From assembly GCA_903936565.1 (NCBI GenBank), contig CAIZVZ010000019.1:3559-67558 (forward strand): a stretch of 64,000 bases of DNA, written 5' to 3'. Numbering within the stretch: position 1 is the stretch's first letter; each line of letters starts with the position of its first letter. This document shows positions 8,950 to 18,146 of the stretch, one piece after another. The position numbers and the translations under genes were made by a program. Under the pieces are notes generated by a model. The model did no database searches and was not told the origin of the DNA. It saw only the letters and a list, made by a program, of their open reading frames with translations. This stretch comes from an uncultured bacterium. Its GTDB lineage: Bacteria; Patescibacteriota; Minisyncoccia; Phycocordibacterales; CAIZLB01.

Positions 8950-9529
8950 GTGAACCTTAAGACTTTTTTAGGTTATTTGGTGCTTATTTTGATTACTCTG
9001 TCTCTGTTGGTATCTAGGCCTGTACCCCACCGCCCAGCAAGGAACCATGTGTGTATATAGCCCGATCAAGGACTTGTCCCCAACAAAGTCCTATAAATGT
9101 CCTAAACTGTGGATAACTCTGGGGATATGTGTATAAAAGACATATTTGAATGGCTTTTACCGGAACGTTATTTTTCAACGATTAGTGGTTTGTGGGCCTA
9201 TAAATAAGGATTATAACTGTGGATATCTCAGAATAAGTGTCTTTTAGTTGTCCTCTAATATGTGGCACGTGAAACGCTGATTTTGTGTGTAAAACCATGT
9301 ATTTAGCTCATTTGGGTGGTTTCATGTGTACCAAATTTACGTTTAGGCTATGGCTAATGCTCAGTCTGTCAAAGTTAAAATATTGTTAATATGCTTATTT
9401 TGCTTAGCTTCTACACAAGAACAATGTGATTACAAATAAAATTACTAAATTCTTTAGGAAAAATTTATAGAGGCATTATGTGCTTTGTTTATGATTATCT
9501 TGTTATAAAATAATAAGTGAATAATAAAT
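8950..9529. promoter_or_regulatory. DnaA-box cluster / candidate oriC-like region
   Basis: TGTGGATAA 9108, TGTGTATAA 9128, TGTGGATAT 9218, all in the same orientation; parS-like 16-mer at 9261; AT-rich tract about 9370-9529. Confidence 0.45.
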
Positions 9530-10162
9530 ATGACTAGAACAAACAAAAGAGACTATAAAATAAAGGCCAATGGTAATTTACTGAATAAAAGTGACCTCAC
9601 TAGTAATAAAAATACTGGTAAAACAAAAAGGACAGATATTAAGAAAAGGACAGTGAAAACAGAACTTGAAAGTGAGGTTAATGAGGTTTGCGGTGTCTCC
9701 GTCAAGGACTCAAATAAGAAGATAGGTGGCTTGGGGGAGAATATTGCAATCGTCTTCCTTGAGAAAAGAGGCTTTCAGATTATAGACAGGAACCATAGAA
9801 ATAAAATAGGGGAATTAGATATAGTTGCCCAGAAGGATGACTTTTATTATGTCGTTGAGGTCAAAACTCTTAAGATACCTTCCAAGATGGATATTGAGAA
9901 GGGTGGTGGGTTTTTTGATCCCAATATAAGTATTATTAGGGATGGTGATAAAATTGATTGGCTAAAACCTGAAATGAGCCTTACTAAAGAGAAAATCCAA
10001 AAAATTAAGCAGACCACCTTAAGGTATTGCGCTGATTTTGGTATTAAAGAGGAAAGCGTTAAATTCTTGGGTATGTGTGTAAGTCTGTACCATTATGGTT
10101 CACGTGTAACTAAGGAGAACCTGTTGAGCTGTCGGGTTAAGATTGTTCCTTTGTTGAATTAG
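9530..10162 (+). CDS. yraN: YraN family (PD-(D/E)xK) nuclease with basic N-terminal extension
   Basis: GGLGENIAIVFLEKRGFQIIDRN...GELDIVA...VEVKT. Confidence 0.82.
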   Translation: MTRTNKRDYKIKANGNLLNKSDLTSNKNTGKTKRTDIKKRTVKTELESEVNEVCGVSVKDSNKKIGGLGENIAIVFLEKRGFQIIDRNHRNKIGELDIVAQKDDFYYVVEVKTLKIPSKMDIEKGGGFFDPNISIIRDGDKIDWLKPEMSLTKEKIQKIKQTTLRYCADFGIKEESVKFLGMCVSLYHYGSRVTKENLLSCRVKIVPLLN

Positions 10163-10258
10163 AGCTGGATAGGGTAGAGAGACTTGTGCTGCCCGTTATG
10201 TTAATAATGGACTCTAAATTGGCAAAAATAAAACATGTGTGATATGCTTGTTCCATCA

Positions 10259-10331
10259 CGGGGCGTGGTGTAACGGCTAACATGCTTGCTTTGGGAGCAA
10301 GTGACTCCGGGTTCGAATCCCGGCGCCCCGA
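10259..10331 (+). tRNA. tRNA-Pro(UGG)
   Basis: cggggcg/cgccccg acceptor, cttgc-TT-TGG-GA-gcaag, GGTTCGAATCC; no CCA. Confidence 0.95.
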
Positions 10332-10363
10332 CAAATTGGTTCCATATTGCTATAGGTTATTCT

Positions 10364-10696
10364 ATGACTAAAAAATTCACAAAGAAAAAAGAAAACTTTA
10401 CCTGCGATGTTTGCGGAGTTGATGTTAACGGCGATGGTTACACAGACCATTGTTCTAATTGTTTGTGGAGTAAACATGTGGACATTAATCCTGGGGATAG
10501 GCTTTCCGAATGCCAAGGTCTTATGAAGCCTACTAAAATAGAAATTAAAAAGGATAAATATCGAGTTACTAATAAATGTGAGACTTGTGGTTATGAAAAG
10601 GTAAATAATCTGGCGCCTGATGATAATTGGGACACAGTTATTAAAATTCAACAAAAGTTTGTATTAGATGCCTTCAATAATGGGGAAATAAAATAA
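10364..10696 (+). CDS. RNHCP-domain zinc-binding protein
   Basis: FTCDVCG...GYTDHCSNCLWSKHVD.NPGDR..CQGLM.P...CETCG; start ATG 10364. Confidence 0.8.
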   Translation: MTKKFTKKKENFTCDVCGVDVNGDGYTDHCSNCLWSKHVDINPGDRLSECQGLMKPTKIEIKKDKYRVTNKCETCGYEKVNNLAPDDNWDTVIKIQQKFVLDAFNNGEIK

Positions 10697-10768
10697 TAGG
10701 GGACAACGATACGTCGAATGATTTAACGCGGGTGTTTGTGGTATTTTGCTTTTACCACCACTGTCGCC

Positions 10769-11974
10769 TTATTGATTCATTTCATAAATCGACTTGCCAA
10801 GATTCATTCTAAGTTTATTGTCTATGTGTTTAATTGAGATCGCACGAATTTTATTCTTCAATAAAATTTCCGAAGAAACATAATTAGAAATTATTCCTAT
10901 TAGCTGTCCTTGATTGTTAAATATACCACCTCCTGAAGCCCCAGATTGGGCCAAGGAGCTTGGTTTAGTCTCTATCAGGTCATATGGACCATTTGAATCT
11001 CCATTGAAGTTAAAAACGTTTCCTATTGAGTTTGTTTCTGATTTTCTGGGTAGCACAGAAAAGACGCCAATTTTACCATAAACATCAGATGGATAAGACT
11101 TAATGGTGATTTGTTCATTCAAGTTAAATGGTAGGGGAGAGATTTTCGCCGGTAGTATATTTTTAAGTTCCGTAGCTGTTGCTGTGTTTATTGATGGGTT
11201 AGAAATATCAATCTGAAGAATGGCGATGTCACTTTCACCTGTCTCTGAATATGTATTTTCAAAATTTGAGTAGTGTTTATTGACCCAGTCACGGTCTATG
11301 AATACAACCTTTACTGGCAGTTTACCAGATGCTGGGTCCTTAATTCTTGCGTAACAACTATATTTTCCACCTGATTGTTCAGAATAAACAGGTGCAGCAA
11401 CATGAGCAGCTGTTAAAACTAAACCATTTGAACTTATGATTACGCCGCTGCCGGTTATAATTTTAAGAGTGTTGCTCGTTTTGTTTTCACATCTGATATT
11501 TACAACGCTATCGTCTGGGCTTGTTGATATGTGTGATTTGATGTTACTCGATGTGTTAGATGTTGGAGTTTTGTCTGTGTCGGATAATATATTCGATTTC
11601 TGAGGTTTTTTAATTTGATTCGGTGTTGAATTATCTTTACTTTGTTTGGTGCTTATTTTAAGAACAGAATAGTTTGGAGCTGTAATCTTCAGGTGTTTTA
11701 GTTTATCCACAGCACTTGTTATTTTGTCTGTCCCCATTGGAACATAAACTGCAGACGTGCTTGATGAGGGGTTTGAAAACGGTCTATTCAGGATATCCAC
11801 AATTTCTTTTGATTTTTCTGCCGATGTGCTTGCTTTGAGTCCTAATGAGCTTGTGGTGCTTGTTGATATTGAACTTGTTGTGGGGGACAGGAGGCTTAAA
11901 AAAGTTGCTACAAATAAAGCGCTTTTTTGAATTATTGATATTGTGCCGTTTACTAATACTCCAATATTATTCAT
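10769..11974 (-). CDS. Trypsin-like (S1) serine protease with Ser/Thr-rich N-terminal stalk
   Basis: GSGVII, LTAAHV (His), SDIAIL (Asp), GASGGG (Ser). Confidence 0.85.
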   Translation of the reverse strand: MNNIGVLVNGTISIIQKSALFVATFLSLLSPTTSSISTSTTSSLGLKASTSAEKSKEIVDILNRPFSNPSSSTSAVYVPMGTDKITSAVDKLKHLKITAPNYSVLKISTKQSKDNSTPNQIKKPQKSNILSDTDKTPTSNTSSNIKSHISTSPDDSVVNIRCENKTSNTLKIITGSGVIISSNGLVLTAAHVAAPVYSEQSGGKYSCYARIKDPASGKLPVKVVFIDRDWVNKHYSNFENTYSETGESDIAILQIDISNPSINTATATELKNILPAKISPLPFNLNEQITIKSYPSDVYGKIGVFSVLPRKSETNSIGNVFNFNGDSNGPYDLIETKPSSLAQSGASGGGIFNNQGQLIGIISNYVSSEILLKNKIRAISIKHIDNKLRMNLGKSIYEMNQ

Positions 11975-12081
11975 ATTTGTTGGGTGTGTTTTATTTGTGC
12001 AAATTTAACTTATTTACTATTTTAGCACGATTAATCAAAACTATTTACTTTTACGTTATTTTTGATATAGTTTAAAAACAA

Positions 12082-12152
12082 GCGGGATTGGTTTAGTGGT
12101 AGAATGACTGCCTTCCAAGCAGTAGACAAGGGTTCGATTCCCTTATCCCGCA
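12082..12152 (+). tRNA. tRNA-Gly(UCC)
   Basis: gcgggat/atcccgc acceptor, actgc-CT-TCC-AA-gcagt, GGTTCGATTCC; no CCA. Confidence 0.95.
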
Positions 12153-12157
12153 CAAAT

Positions 12158-12976
12158 ATGAGAATAAGAAATTATTTCTTTCTCGCTCTTCTTTTGTTGA
12201 TAATAGGTGGTATTTCTGGTTTGGAATACAAAAAGTTGTCCGCACCAGTCTTGCCCACCTCTGATAAAGCTGAAATAACCTCGCCAGACATTAAGGTTTC
12301 AAGCCCCACTGTCCCCACGTTGTCCCTCTCAAATTCTGTACCCACAACTACACCCGCCACGCCCAAAAGTGTGGTGTTTAAACTAGATGTTCCGTATTTT
12401 CATCAACAATACGCCAATAGTTGCGAAGCTGCGTCATTGAGAATGGCTCTGGCGTATTACGGCATTAAAATCGGTGATGATTTGGGTATTGTTAAAAGAT
12501 TTGGATATAAGCCAAGAGATAAGGATGTTGCAAATAATGAATGGGACGATCCTCAGGAAATGTTTGTTGGGAATATTGATATTGTTGGAAGTACAAAAGG
12601 GTACGGTGTGTATGGTAAGCCGGTAGTAAAAACAGCTATTTCTTATGGACGAGATGCATATCTAGAAACGAACATAACGGCAGGGCTATTATCAAAAGAA
12701 ATAAAGGCGGGTCACCCTATAATTTTATGGGGCTATACATCAATTACCGCACCGGCCTATACTTGGAATATTGCGGGTGGTGGGGAAGTGAAGGCTTTTA
12801 AGGGGGAACACGCCAGGCTAGTTATTGGATTTGAGGGCGATGTGACTAACCCAACGGGATTCTACGTTCACGATCCTTTTAATAATAAAAAATCTGAGTA
12901 CTGGACTGTAAAAAGGTTAATGAAACAGGTAAGTGCGGTGCCGGGGGTTACGAATCAAGCGGTAGTCGTTAAATAA
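12158..12976 (+). CDS. Exported C39-like cysteine peptidase
   Basis: Signal/TM segment, Pro/Thr linker, LDVPYFHQ...SCEAAS (Cys), EHARLVIG (His), VHDP (Asp). Confidence 0.82.
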   Translation: MRIRNYFFLALLLLIIGGISGLEYKKLSAPVLPTSDKAEITSPDIKVSSPTVPTLSLSNSVPTTTPATPKSVVFKLDVPYFHQQYANSCEAASLRMALAYYGIKIGDDLGIVKRFGYKPRDKDVANNEWDDPQEMFVGNIDIVGSTKGYGVYGKPVVKTAISYGRDAYLETNITAGLLSKEIKAGHPIILWGYTSITAPAYTWNIAGGGEVKAFKGEHARLVIGFEGDVTNPTGFYVHDPFNNKKSEYWTVKRLMKQVSAVPGVTNQAVVVK

Positions 12977-13131
12977 GCTCTATAAATAAGGACGCTTGAT
13001 AATGGGTCCCTAGGAATAATAAGAAACAAGGCTAATAACCTTGTTTTTTGTAGTTCCTGAATACACTGAAACACAATAGCTATATTTAAGGCCCTACTAC
13101 TCCTCAATATTCATATTGTCACACAAAACAG

Positions 13132-13160
13132 TTGACAAAATGAATAAAATAGTCTACAAT
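13132..13160 (+). promoter_or_regulatory. Sigma70 promoter of the first SBP gene
   Basis: TTGACA-17 bp-TACAAT. Confidence 0.7.
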
Positions 13161-13211
13161 ACACAATGTCGGAATAGTCAATACTTATAAATTATTCTAA
13201 AATCATAAATT

Positions 13212-14351
13212 ATGAAAAAAACAATTAAAATAAGCCTAGGAATTACAATCGTTGTAATTGCGATAATACTAATAATAATGGGCCTAAATAGTAATTCAAA
13301 TCAAAGTAATGTTATTAAAATAGGTTATATTGGTCCAATTACAGGCCCTTCTGCGGTCTTGGGAATGGATGCAATAAAGGCAATTGAAATAGCTGTTGAC
13401 GAAACAAATGCTAAGGGTGGAATAAATGGTAAGCAGGTACAACTAATTGCTGAAGATGATAAATATTTATCAAAAGACACAGTAAACGCTTATAATAAGC
13501 TTGTAAATGTAGATAAGGTAAAAATAATTCTAATTTCAACTTACGGTGGAGTGTTTGCTGTAGCTGATCAAGCTAAAAATGATGGGGTAGTGGTGATTGA
13601 CCCGCTTGATTGTAATAAGGATCTGGCAAATGCAGACAAAAACATCTTTTGTTTGGCAACAGAGACTGAGTCCATTGGTACTTCATTGGCTCAAAATTTA
13701 GCAAGCACTGGTGGTAAAAAGGCTGCAATCTTGTATTCAACAAAAGATAATTTTATGTCAATTGTTGCGAATTCATTTGATTATGAGTTCTCAGGGAACG
13801 GAGGAATTACCATGAAGGAAGGTTTTAACTATGGTGATACTGACTATAGAGCTCAGCTTCTAAAAATAAAAGAGTATAATCCAGATGCTTTGATTATATT
13901 AGGTCACGATGAACAGGGTTTCATCATGAAACAAGCAAGAGAACTTGGTGTTAAGGCTAAATTCATGACCACAGGTACTATTACAAGTCCTGTTGCACAA
14001 CAAAATGCAAACGGTGCAGCTGAAGGAACGCTACTTGCTTATTGGGACTCAGCAAAAAATGGTTCAAATGTTAAAAACTTTGAAGTTAAGTTTGCTGCAA
14101 AAGTTGGAAGACCAGCAATACTCCCATTAACCACTCATCCGGCATATGATACAGTCAAGATATTAACTGATATCGTACTTCCTAACATATATGGAAATGT
14201 AACTGGAAATAAAGTAGCATCTGAACTACTAAAGGTTTCGAATTATCAAGGTGTCACGGGAAATATAACGATTGATAAGGATGGTGGGGCAAGAATTAAG
14301 GAATCAGTGTTTAAACTAGTTAACGGTAGTCCAGTTAGTCTGCAAAAATAG
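13212..14351 (+). CDS. LivJ-like (branched-chain amino acid type) solute-binding protein, N-terminal TM anchor (SBP1)
   Basis: IKIGYIGPITGP, AVDETNAKGGINGK, DYRAQLLKIK, AYD, GVTGNITID. Confidence 0.88.
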   Translation: MKKTIKISLGITIVVIAIILIIMGLNSNSNQSNVIKIGYIGPITGPSAVLGMDAIKAIEIAVDETNAKGGINGKQVQLIAEDDKYLSKDTVNAYNKLVNVDKVKIILISTYGGVFAVADQAKNDGVVVIDPLDCNKDLANADKNIFCLATETESIGTSLAQNLASTGGKKAAILYSTKDNFMSIVANSFDYEFSGNGGITMKEGFNYGDTDYRAQLLKIKEYNPDALIILGHDEQGFIMKQARELGVKAKFMTTGTITSPVAQQNANGAAEGTLLAYWDSAKNGSNVKNFEVKFAAKVGRPAILPLTTHPAYDTVKILTDIVLPNIYGNVTGNKVASELLKVSNYQGVTGNITIDKDGGARIKESVFKLVNGSPVSLQK

Positions 14352-14395
14352 TTTTGTAAGTCGGAAAAAGTGATACAACTAAAATTATTCGAGTG

Positions 14396-14426
14396 ACAAA
14401 AACACCTTTAAACAAGGTGCTTTTGT
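14396..14426. terminator. Bidirectional intrinsic terminator
   Basis: acaaaaacacctt-taaac-aaggtgcttttgt between convergent genes. Confidence 0.7.
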
Positions 14427-14440
14427 ATACCATGCATAAA

Positions 14441-15187
14441 TTAGTTGCCCCAAAGTGTATTAAATAGGTTTAAATAGCCCTTAACTAAATTTTGGTCCTT
14501 GATCTTTATAGCTGTTACAGGCTGTTCTCTGTTTGAATAGATAATATTAAGAACCACTCCAGCTTCTGGATAAACATGGATGCCCGCTGGGTTTTCCGTG
14601 CTTGTGTCTAAGTATTTGATTTTATACGATCCTTCTCTCTCGGTCTCCTTTTGAAAGGATTCCTTTTGATTCTTATAGCCAATCATTTTTATTGTGATTT
14701 TGGCACCGTCTATGGCGTTGTGGTATTTTTTCCAAATGGGTCGCATTGTTTCTTCCATAAAGTCTTCACCGCCAGAACCAATTATGTATTTTGTTCCACC
14801 GTTTGGTAATTGTTTTATTAATGAAGTTAGGAGTGCTAAATATTCATCATTGCCTTTATGTATTGTGATTTCTTGGGTCTCGGCAGACATCTTGTGTTTA
14901 ATATTTTTGGAAACGCTTTCTGCAATCTTTTGCTTTTCTTCAAATTCTTCCACTAAAATATCTGGTGAGACAATAGAGAATGTCTTTTTGCCTTTTGTTT
15001 CAAATTCAGAAATCAATTTTCTGGCCACAAGGTGCTCTAATGATGTATAAACAAGACTCCTGTGTAGGCCGGTATTTGTAATTAGGGGATTTGATGTGGC
15101 TGTTTTTAGCTCAGCCAGTGCTAAATAGACCGTTGCATCGTTTTCAGAAAACCCAAGTTTCATTAAATCGTTAGTGGTTTTATTCAT
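14441..15187 (-). CDS. TrmB-family winged-helix transcriptional regulator (R1)
   Basis: LGFSENDATVYLAL...TGLHRSLVYTSLEHLVARKLI; C-terminal effector-type domain ending FNTLW. Confidence 0.85.
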   Translation of the reverse strand: MNKTTNDLMKLGFSENDATVYLALAELKTATSNPLITNTGLHRSLVYTSLEHLVARKLISEFETKGKKTFSIVSPDILVEEFEEKQKIAESVSKNIKHKMSAETQEITIHKGNDEYLALLTSLIKQLPNGGTKYIIGSGGEDFMEETMRPIWKKYHNAIDGAKITIKMIGYKNQKESFQKETEREGSYKIKYLDTSTENPAGIHVYPEAGVVLNIIYSNREQPVTAIKIKDQNLVKGYLNLFNTLWGN

Positions 15188-15363
15188 TTGGTGCTATTTT
15201 ATCACATTTAAATACAAAAGCACTTGATGTGTCGCCAAAATTTTCACCCAACAAAACACCCCAGCTTTCACTGGGGCACTTTGTTAAGTGGAAACTATCT
15301 AACCAATTTAGGAGCCCTTGGGTTCTATTAGATAGACCAAGGTAAATCTAAATTATATTTGAA

Positions 15364-15636
15364 TTATTTAACTGCTTCCTTAAGAGCCTTTGCTGCTCTA
15401 AACTTTGGAACATTCATAGCTGCAACCTTTACGATTTCACCTGTTCTTGGGTTACGAGCAGAACGTGCGGCTCTCTTCTTTGCAGAAAAGATACCGAAAC
15501 CAGCTACTGAAACTTCATCGCCCTTCTTAAGTGATGTTGTGATGCCATCAAAGATAGCATTTACAACTTCCTCAGCTTGAACTTTTGTTGTTCCTAGTAC
15601 TTCATTTACTTTATCAACTAATGCTGCTTTATTCAT
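15364..15636 (-). CDS. hup: DNA-binding protein HU
   Basis: MNKAAL...GFGIF...ARNPRTGE...PKFRAAKALK. Confidence 0.96.
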   Translation of the reverse strand: MNKAALVDKVNEVLGTTKVQAEEVVNAIFDGITTSLKKGDEVSVAGFGIFSAKKRAARSARNPRTGEIVKVAAMNVPKFRAAKALKEAVK

Positions 15637-15803
15637 ATTTGTAGAAGTAATTGTTTCTTTATAATTGTCGACCGCTATAACCTTGCTATTGATTATATAT
15701 TAAGCCATATTTTGAATCAAGTGTTGAAAAGGTCTAAAAAAGTTTTGACACGTTTTGATATTTTCGTCAAACATGCCGTCTTCTTCTCTAATTAAGCCTT
15801 TAT

Positions 15804-17357
15804 TTATCGAGCTAGTTCTGTAATTTTACTTTCTCGAATGACTGTTATTTTTATTTCTCCGGGGTATTTTAATTCCTTCTCTATCCTTAGGGCTATGTTT
15901 CTGGCCATATTTTTTGCTTCATAATCGGATACTTTTTCTGGTGACACAAAGATTCTAATTTCTCTTCCAGCTTGTAGCGCGTATGATTTTTCTACACCAC
16001 CAAATGAATTTGCGATGTCCTCTAAATCATTCAATCTCTTAATGTAATTCTCTAGTGTATCACTTCTTGCGCCAGGTCTACCGCCAGAGAGTGCATCAGC
16101 GGTCTGAACAATTCTTGCCTCTAGTGTCTCATATGGATATTCATCATGATGAGATTTCATTGCTTGAATAATTTTCTTGTCGACATTAAATTTCTCCAAT
16201 AGTTTAATTCCAATATCAACATGACTTCCGCTCACCTCGTGATCCAAAGCCTTTCCTATGTCGTGAAGTAGGGCGCCAGCCTTTGCTGTAGAAACATCTG
16301 CACCCAATTCTTCAGCTAGCATTCCCGCGATGTGTGCACATTCTATCGAGTGCTGTAAAACATTTTGTCCATAACTTGTCCTATATTGAAGTCGGCCAAG
16401 TATTGTAGAAATTCTTGGATCAAGTCCTATCACCCCGGTTTCATAACATGCCATGTCTCCTAATTTTTTTGTCTCCTTGATTATTGCCTCTTTTGCAATT
16501 TCAACCTCCTTCTCAATTCTTGCTGGTTGAATTCTTCCATCTTCAACAAGTGCGGTGAGTGCAATTTTTGCAATTTGTCTTCTAATTGGATCAAAACATG
16601 AAAGCATAATATATCCTTGCCCCTCATCCACCAAAACTTCAACACCAGTTTCTTTTTCAAAAGTTTTTATGTTTCTACCTTCTTTTCCAATAATTTTTCC
16701 TTTAATGTCTTCGGACGCAATTGGCACAGTTGAAGAAAACATTTCTCCGTTTACTGATGATGCAAGACGTTGAACTGTGGTTGTCAGTATTTCTTTTGCT
16801 TTTTCTTCAAGTTTGTCTTCTGCAAATAAATCAAATTTATTTATTCTGTTAATAAGATCGTCTCCCGCTTCTTTTTCTACTTTGCTGAACAAAATTGTTT
16901 TCGCTTCATCTTCGGTTAGATTGGAAATACGCTGTATTTCAAGGTTTTTTTCTTCCTCGAGTTTTATTACTACCTTTTCCCTTTCTAATAATTGCTCCGA
17001 CTTTACTGAGTTTTTTTCAATTGATAACTCTATTTTTTTCAGTTCCTTCTCAAGCTCGGTTTGTCTATTTTCAATTGTCTGTTCCTTTTTTATTAATCGG
17101 TCTTCGTTCTTTTGAATATTTTCTTCTTTTTCTTTTATCTCTTTTTTTGCGTTCGCCACAATATGCTTCGCCTCTTCTTGTGCATTTGAAATTATTAAGA
17201 CAGCGTCTTCCTTTGCAATCGTTTTAACTCTTTTTGCGTTTAAATCTAGAGAATTTCTTATGCTTAGTGAAATAAGTAGTCTAATCAAATATCCAATGAC
17301 GAAACCGACACCCCCCGCCATTACTATGTATGCGAGATCTGTTTGGTTTAATATCAT
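15804..17357 (-). CDS. rny: Ribonuclease Y
   Basis: TM, coiled coil, KH (KGKIIGKEGRNI), HD (LLHDIGK), RTSYGQNVL.H. Confidence 0.96.
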   Translation of the reverse strand: MILNQTDLAYIVMAGGVGFVIGYLIRLLISLSIRNSLDLNAKRVKTIAKEDAVLIISNAQEEAKHIVANAKKEIKEKEENIQKNEDRLIKKEQTIENRQTELEKELKKIELSIEKNSVKSEQLLEREKVVIKLEEEKNLEIQRISNLTEDEAKTILFSKVEKEAGDDLINRINKFDLFAEDKLEEKAKEILTTTVQRLASSVNGEMFSSTVPIASEDIKGKIIGKEGRNIKTFEKETGVEVLVDEGQGYIMLSCFDPIRRQIAKIALTALVEDGRIQPARIEKEVEIAKEAIIKETKKLGDMACYETGVIGLDPRISTILGRLQYRTSYGQNVLQHSIECAHIAGMLAEELGADVSTAKAGALLHDIGKALDHEVSGSHVDIGIKLLEKFNVDKKIIQAMKSHHDEYPYETLEARIVQTADALSGGRPGARSDTLENYIKRLNDLEDIANSFGGVEKSYALQAGREIRIFVSPEKVSDYEAKNMARNIALRIEKELKYPGEIKITVIRESKITELAR

Positions 17358-17375
17358 TTTAGTTTTGTTATTTTA

Positions 17376-17957
17376 TTAAGATAACACCTTGTCTATAAGT
17401 CCATATTTCCTTGCTTCATCCGCGGACATATAGAAGTCTCTATCAATATCGGCCGTTACTTTCTTTAGGTCTTGCCCTGTGTTGTCTGACATAATTTTAG
17501 CTAATCTTTCTTTTGTTTTTATGATTTGTCTTGCTGTGATTTCAATATCAGATGCTTGTCCTTCAATCCCTCCTTGGAGTGGTTGGTGAATCATCATCTC
17601 AGAATTTGATAATGCATATCGCTTTCCTTTTTTGCCAGCTGAAAGAAGCCATGCTCCACCTGATGCTGCCATACCAACACAAATTGTTGATACATCATTT
17701 TTGATATAGTTTATGGTGTCGATCATTGCAAGTGTTGCCGTAACTGATCCTCCTGGTGAATTAATGTACAAAGAGATATCCTTTTTTGGATCTTCTGCTT
17801 GTAAAAATAAAAGTTGTGCAATAACAATGTTTGCTACATTGTCATCAATTGGTCCTCCAAGAAAAATTATATTTTCTCTAAGAAGTCTTGAATATATATC
17901 ATAGGCACGCTCACCGAATTGTGATTTTTCTATAACTGTTGGAATTAACATGTTCAA
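17376..17957 (-). CDS. clpP: ATP-dependent Clp protease proteolytic subunit
   Basis: [32 protein letters not shown]. Confidence 0.97.
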   Translation of the reverse strand: MNMLIPTVIEKSQFGERAYDIYSRLLRENIIFLGGPIDDNVANIVIAQLLFLQAEDPKKDISLYINSPGGSVTATLAMIDTINYIKNDVSTICVGMAASGGAWLLSAGKKGKRYALSNSEMMIHQPLQGGIEGQASDIEITARQIIKTKERLAKIMSDNTGQDLKKVTADIDRDFYMSADEARKYGLIDKVLS

Positions 17958-18146
17958 AGTGTATTATATATAATAGTGGGGATAGCTGAGTTTAGGGAGA
18001 TTGGATTTTGTCCAGAATTTCTTTAGATTTTCTTATGAGAAACTAAAGAATTTATGGAAATTTTCTCAATCTTTACGCGGGAACAGGGTCTCTGTATAAC
18101 TCACAGAATACCCCTAATTTTAATAAAAATCAAACCAACATAAAAT

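Noticed and set aside
4607-12152. Integrated element defined by a tyrosine recombinase plus tRNAs
   Set aside because: The recombinase is Xer-type, the neighbours are housekeeping genes, and no duplicated tRNA 3' end (att site) was seen
10286-12157. N-terminal extensions of ORFs 10286 and 12104
   Set aside because: They run through tRNA-Pro and tRNA-Gly; starts moved to 10364 and 12158
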